A stretch of DNA of 64,000 nt. Origin: Asterias rubens (taxonomy: Eukaryota). Below are positions 60,279 to 64,000 of this stretch, piece after piece (the first letter of the stretch is position 1; each line of letters starts with the position of its first letter). The translations under genes and the position numbers were made by a program. The stretch lies in the NCBI RefSeq assembly GCF_902459465.1, contig NC_047081.1, positions 11,160,001-11,224,000 of the forward strand, read 5' to 3'. A model generated the notes under the pieces. That model made no database searches and had not been told where the DNA came from. It saw only the letters and a program-made list of their open reading frames with translations.

Positions 60279-63200
60279 CTTAAAAATCTCACCAGAGGGT
60301 TGATCCAGAACATCTCCCCTGTGTTCCCATCAAAGATACTGTAGGTGATGTTACCGTCAGGACCACTGTCTAAATCAGTGGCCACTACGTTGTAGACCAA
60401 GGATCCTATCGCTTCGGTGTCGTTGATACTGACTCTGTACGGGGTACCGATGAATTGAGGGCTGTGATCGTTGATGTTGAGAACGTTGATTCCAACAGTG
60501 GTCTGCAGATGAGAGACAGTGAGATAAAATTTAGTCTGATTCCTAGACTGGACCTACTCTGTAACTTTGGGTGTTCCATATTGTTTTTATCTTCATAAAA
60601 GAAGCGGTACCCGCTGCCAAGACATAGGACTCGTACTGCTTTTAACTACCGGGCAATCTCAGTAGTCGAGTTGGTAAGACACTGCTCTAGAATTGCAAAG
60701 GTTGAAGGTTCGAATCCCACCGGAGTAATATGCCTGTGATATTTTTTCACAGGACTCGGGAAAGTACTGAGTATACAGTGCTAACACACATCGGTGAAGG
60801 GGTAAAAAATGTAATAAAAATGAGTATTCTTTATCCCCAATGCAAATTTAACATCCATTATATTATTATGCTTGCGGATAAAGACAGGCAAGTTTGGTCA
60901 CAAAAGCTCACAAAGCATACCTTAGTTTCAATGAGCGAGTGTTAATACCCGGGTAAAAAATATACACAAAATATAATCGGAAAAACAGTATCCAAAGAGT
61001 TCGTCCAGGGTGACTTACATTTCCACTGAAAGAGGGTGTCCCTGCATCCGTAGCAGTGATTGTGAGGTTAAAGTCTGAGACAAACTCGTAGTCCAATTCA
61101 GCCGTTGGCTTCAAAGTGAGAACACCAGTATCCGGATGTATAAAGAACAGGTCTGTTAAAAAGAAATTGAGAAATAAAATTAGTAGCTGTTTAACAACCA
61201 AAAGGACCTAGCTGTAAGATTTAAATGAAAAATATAAGTAGGATTTCAAACTTTGCATGGTGGGAAATACGATATAGTAAAGGTTTGCGGTAACACCATG
61301 TAATGATAATCTCTAAATGAGATTGGGTGGTTCGTCGAGTTGATACCAACGGTTCCTTTAACAACCATCCCAACTCATTTAGAGATACATGTAGTCATTA
61401 CATGGTATTACCGCATACCTTTACTCTATTGCAAAATATTAATTAGTGGTCTGACGTCGTGACCCTAGCAGAGTCTCTTTAAGGTCAGAACGTCCCTTGG
61501 TTTCATTACTATCACTATATAGCAAAAAAAAAGAAGGAAATAAGAACTTACTGCTCAAGTTTCCGATGAGAGTGTATGTAATCTCTCCACCCAGGCCACT
61601 GTCGGAGTCCGACGCTACGAAGGTACCAATGTAGGTGCCTGACACTCCTTCGAAGAAGCTGTACGGCCCATAGTAATCCAAGGGGAATACCGGAGGTGTG
61701 TCGTTAATATCGTCAACATTTACTGTCACCTGGTGATCGAGAGGAGGGATATTGAATGGAATTGTGATCATGGTTTTGATAAGGTGGAAGAATTGTCCCT
61801 GGATTTATCAAAATTCTTGGATATTTGTGGATTCATTGACATTTTTGTGCCGTGGCGTGGCCAAGTGGTTAAGCTGTGGTGTTTTTGATCAGCAGAGTGT
61901 GGGTTTGAGTCCAGGTCACAACACTTGTATCTCTCAGCATGGTATTTTACAATAAAGTACCAAAGTGCCGGTTAGGTGTTGCAGGTAGAAGTTTTTTTAC
62001 GTGTGTGTCCTCCACATAACTTGGGGTTCCTCCCTTCAAAAAACAAAAAAAATTACAGAAATTTGTTGCTCACCATGTTATCAAAATACTGCAGTAAACA
62101 GAGTCGTGAATTCTGGATCAAGACCCAATTTCATAATGCCCTATTGTTTTTCCTTTTGGGGGCAGGGGGGGGGGGACGGAGGAGGGGAGGGGGAAGATAG
62201 AAATAAGTTGAAACTTACAGTGACTGTTCCAGTTCTTCGATCGTTGACATTCCCAGCCTGGTCTGTTGCCGTGACAATCAGCTCATAGTTCTTAGTAGTC
62301 TCCCAGTCCAGTTCTTTGATGACATAGACTGACCCCTAGGATACAATAGACACAATCACATGGCTGATAAACAGTACGAATTTATAATAATTTATTGAAC
62401 TTATATTGCGCTCTCTAAAGGACCAGCCTGTTTGAGAGCGCATAACAAAAACACAATTCCAGTAAGAAAATTAGAATTAAGAAAATTAATCCTGCTTGAT
62501 AATTAGAGAAACAATCGAACTAGCTTGGTGGTCTAGTGTTAAGACATCTGCTCTAGCAATGCAAAGGTCATTGGTTGGAATCCCAGCTAATTTGCCTGTG
62601 GGTTTTGTTTAAAGAACTCAGGAAAATACCCAGTATACAGTGCTTCATACACAGCGCTGTAAGGGGACAATTTTGTGATTTCTTATACAAATTTTAAATT
62701 GGTTGGTGATTTTTATTAATTATTTGTTAAAGAAGCATGAATGATTTGAATGATTTATGATTTTGTTGTCAGTGTCAATTTTTACTATCCAAACAATGTT
62801 TCCATCAAGATAGATAGGAATTCGCCCTAAATTAGAGGAACTAGATTGCTAAATTTTGTAACAACACACTGTGCATAATTTTCAATGAAAAAAAAGTTCC
62901 TGTTAAATTGCTGAGCAAACTGATAATTGTGCTCCGAACCTGGGCCCAATTTCATAGAGCTTCTTGAGTAGACAATTTTGCTGAGCAAAAGAAAAGCTCA
63001 TTATCAGTCTGAAATGGTGCATGTTACATGGTATTTTGATAGCTACTTTTCATGCTTAAGTAGGTCTATAATAATTATTGGGCTCTGGTCTTACATTATT
63101 CTGATGGATTCCAAAGATGCCGTCCGCATTCCCACCAGTGATGGTATAGATGACGTTGGAGTTCTCCCCAAAGTCATTGTCGTCGGCCGTAACGGTGACA

Positions 63201-63940
63201 AAAATGTTACCGGTTGACGAAGGACCCTCCGTCACGATGACAGGAGGCTGGGGCGGGAATATTGGTTGATTGTCGTTCTGGTCCGTGACGTTAATATAGA
63301 AGTGAGACGTTTCCTGAATTTGAGGGATGTCAAAAGTCAAAAGGTCATCGGTTAACTTTTCGGGTGAAAGGGCAAAGGATGATGGATGATTTAATCGATT
63401 TAGAAGTAAAGTAGTTTTTGAGAAAGAAGTAATTTCTCACTAAAATATTTGAATTTGAGTGTTGAGACCTCAGAATTAGATTTTGAGGTCTCAAATTCAA
63501 ACACCTGAAAGCACACAACTTTGTGTGACAAGGGTGTTTATCCTTTCATAGTAATCTCGCAACTTCGGCGACCAATTGAGCTCAAATTTTCACAGGTTTT
63601 TTATTTCATGCATATATGTTGAGATACAACGAGTGAGAAGACTGGTCTTTGAGGTTTACCAATATAGTCCAGTGTCTTTAAGACATGCATATCCATAAGA
63701 AAGTGCACTCACACTAAATCCTGCGTTGTACGTCTGATCCCTCATCACCACCACCAGGTCATAGAATGCCTGCTGCTCTCGGTCCAGCGGCCCCGTCATT
63801 GTGATCTGCCCCAGGGAGTTGATCTGGAAGATCCCGCCGGGGTTGGACGTGTCGTCAATGTAGAACTCGATGTTGTTGGAGGACGCCAGATCGTTGTCGG
63901 AGAACACGATGGTGCCGACAGGAATGTTGATGAAAGTATT
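42119..63940 (-). CDS. CDH23: Cadherin-23-family non-classical cadherin, 3' 34 exons (5' end lies beyond the window)
   Basis: Exons in transcript order: 63940-63713, 63313-63095, 62335-62219, 61729-61552, 61152-61019, 60502-60293, 59671-59573, 59257-59138, 58715-58622, 57965-57777, 57591-57192, 56782-56580, 56113-55895, 55489-55182, 54443-54330, 54165-53991, 53791-53682, 53065-52837, 52524-52321, 51894-51686, 51371-51188, 50911-50691, 49795-49610, 49397-49287, 48915-48783, 48095-47853, 47532-47261, 46806-46718, 46431-46276, 45507-45441, 44775-44651 (TM), 44119-44030, 43729-43627, 43417-42119. They sum to 7038 nt in frame with GT-AG introns. There are 15 DxNDN-type linker positions plus LDRE and DxD motifs. 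The last repeats (IIIKATNN...DVTLKEVQIEVKDIND), the membrane-adjacent domain (DDKQKVVLVV...ILKTITGGEVVID...FHVID...LIDINR) and cytoplasmic GSNPLW match my recollection of CDH23 EC26-27, MAD28 and GANPVW. Orthology versus other CDH23-like paralogues needs a tree. Confidence 0.85.
44230..44605. mobile_element. TTAA-flanked MITE, family A
   Basis: TTAAAGGCAGTGGACACTATTGG ... CATAGTGTCTACTGTCTTTAA; located in a cadherin intron. Confidence 0.85.
50117..50411. mobile_element. Tourist/PIF-Harbinger-like MITE, TAA duplication
   Basis: TAA|GGCCAAGTAAAAAAAGAAACATGTTT ... AAACAAGTTTCTTTTTTTACTCGGCC|TAA. Confidence 0.75.
54764..55137. mobile_element. TTAA-flanked MITE, family C (related to B)
   Basis: Perfect TIR: TTAAAGCCATTGGACCCTTTCGGT / ACCGAAAGGGTCCAATGGCTTTAA. 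Internal blocks resemble 12997-13382. Confidence 0.85.
56329..56550 (+). mobile_element. tRNA-derived SINE
   Basis: TGGCTGAGTGG ... GGTTTGAATCCC head and an AAATA-type tail; a second copy is at 58854-59098. Confidence 0.75.
58077..58257. mobile_element. MITE with AAGCCCGGTTCAT(A/T)CTTCCTGC ends
   Basis: Both TIRs are visible. The same ends occur at about 29850-30003 and 30078. Confidence 0.7.
58854..59098 (+). mobile_element. tRNA-derived SINE (same family as 56329)
   Basis: AATCAGGTTGGCTGAGTGGTTTCGT...GGTTCGAATCCCACCTCAGACC...; collinear with the 56329 copy. Confidence 0.75.
59741..60110. repeat. Degenerate ~22-bp tandem repeat (TTTAGACTTTCAGGTCTTAGTT-like)
   Basis: CAGGTCT(T/C)AGTTTT(T/C)AGAC recurs through a cadherin intron. 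Confidence 0.75.
60646..60830 (+). mobile_element. tRNA-derived SINE, second family
   Basis: TAGTCGAGTTGGTAAGACAC...GGTTCGAATCCCACC; homologous copies at 19505-19670 and 62520-62680. Confidence 0.7.
63411..63681. mobile_element. 5'-truncated family A MITE
   Basis: GTAGTTTTTGAGAAAGAAGTAATT ... GTCCAGTGTCTTTAA matches the 3' two thirds of family A. Confidence 0.75.
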
Positions 63941-64000
63941 CTGTTGAGAAGAAGATAACCCGACATTAGGTTACTAAGAAGCTTTGTATTTATCTTATCT

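Overview
Eukaryotic (animal) genomic DNA, AT-rich, intron-rich and full of small repeats. Gene content and repeat style suggest an invertebrate deuterostome, probably an echinoderm (inference, not verified). I reconstructed three spliced protein-coding genes by hand from GT-AG sites with consistent intron phases. (1) The 3' part of a CCSER-like (serine-rich coiled-coil) gene on +, 8 exons at 3032-21402. (2) A complete HIF1AN/FIH-1 asparaginyl hydroxylase on -, 9 exons at 31770-38218, 344 aa. (3) The 3' 34 exons of a large CDH23-family cadherin on -, 42119 to beyond the window end; 2345 aa lie in the window, covering about 16 EC repeats, a membrane-adjacent domain, a TM helix and a ~500 aa tail ending ESRL. 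Non-coding DNA holds a ~3.2 kb palindromic 48-bp satellite, many MITEs (TTAA/Kolobok-T2-like, Harbinger-like, one with a 9-bp TSD), tRNA-derived SINEs, a tandem array of tRNA-B-box-like units, and a TSD-flanked foldback element with minimal hammerhead-ribozyme-like motifs. Best leads: a Cys-flanked RGD loop (CRGDVC) and a fully Ca2+-free linker in the cadherin, four HIF-type TACGTG sites just upstream of FIH, and the hammerhead-like foldback family. There are no prokaryotic features or CRISPR arrays. Most ORF-track entries are intronic noise or exon-plus-intron read-throughs.
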